A stretch of DNA of 63,996 nucleotides, counting the filler, from Vicugna vicugna (taxonomy: Eukaryota): the NCBI GenBank assembly GCA_013265495.1. It is 74 parts of 73 records of this genome, joined end to end, with 100 filler letters (N's around TTAATTAATTAA, not from the genome) between each part and the next. Parts side by side here need not be neighbours in the genome. Positions count along the whole stretch, not along the records: positions 63,742 to 63,839 come from MU063671.1; positions 63,940 to 63,996 come from MU063865.1; 72 more parts are not named here. One strand, written 5' to 3'. The notes below the pieces were generated by a model. It was given only the letters and a program-made list of their open reading frames with translations. It was not told where the DNA came from and did no database searches. A program made the translations under genes and the position numbers. Positions 63,742-63,996 of the stretch are shown here, one piece after another (within the stretch, counting starts at the first letter, position 1; each line of letters starts with the position of its first letter).

Positions 63742-63839
63742 GGAATTCATGTAAATTCCTATTAGGTGGAAATCGCTCCAGAACTATTTTTCTATGAAAA
63801 ATGCACGAATTCGAACCTGGTCTTAGGGAAAGATTGTGA
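63742..63839 (+). repeat. Satellite B short fragment
   Basis: GGTGGAAATCGCTCCAGAACTATTTTTCT..AAAATGCACGAATTCGAACCTGG. Confidence 0.9.
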
Positions 63840-63996
63840 NNNNNNNNNNNNNNNNNNNNNNNNNNNNNNNNNNNNNNNNNNNNTTAATTAATTAANNNNN
63901 NNNNNNNNNNNNNNNNNNNNNNNNNNNNNNNNNNNNNNNCCTTTCATCTTACTTTTATGGTTGGTAAGTTTCTTTTGTATTATCATGAATTTTATT

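Noticed and set aside
787..63895. Regularly recurring identical 12-mer separated by diverse sequences (CRISPR-like or cassette-array-like appearance)
   Set aside because: Always embedded in 44+44 N. It is a synthetic six-frame-stop linker, the 'spacers' are mammalian scaffolds, and there are no cas or integrase genes.

Overview
This window is not one contiguous locus. It is a concatenation of about 74 short, gap-riddled, unplaced mammalian scaffolds (mostly 0.4-1.8 kb) joined by about 73 copies of a synthetic 100-bp spacer (N44-TTAATTAATTAA-N44). A tRNA-Ala-derived Vic-1-like SINE points to a camelid (alpaca/llama/camel) source. About half of the scaffolds (37) are tandem satellite DNA in five families: A, a GC/CpG-rich 267-bp monomer (14 scaffolds); B, an AT-rich ~740-bp trimer of ~247-bp subunits (13); C, a ~248-bp monomer (2); D, a CpG-depleted ~265-bp relative of A with higher-order structure (4); E, a degenerate heptamer (AGAAYNN)n (4). 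The rest is decayed LINE-1, LTR, MIR and MER5 fragments plus anonymous DNA. I found no intact protein-coding gene, RNA gene, CRISPR array or multi-gene system, and the ORF track is mostly N read-through or translated satellite. The best leads are the satellite architecture (A-D common origin, B higher-order variants, a near-CENP-B-box motif) and a systematic 'copy-A-copy' assembly scar.
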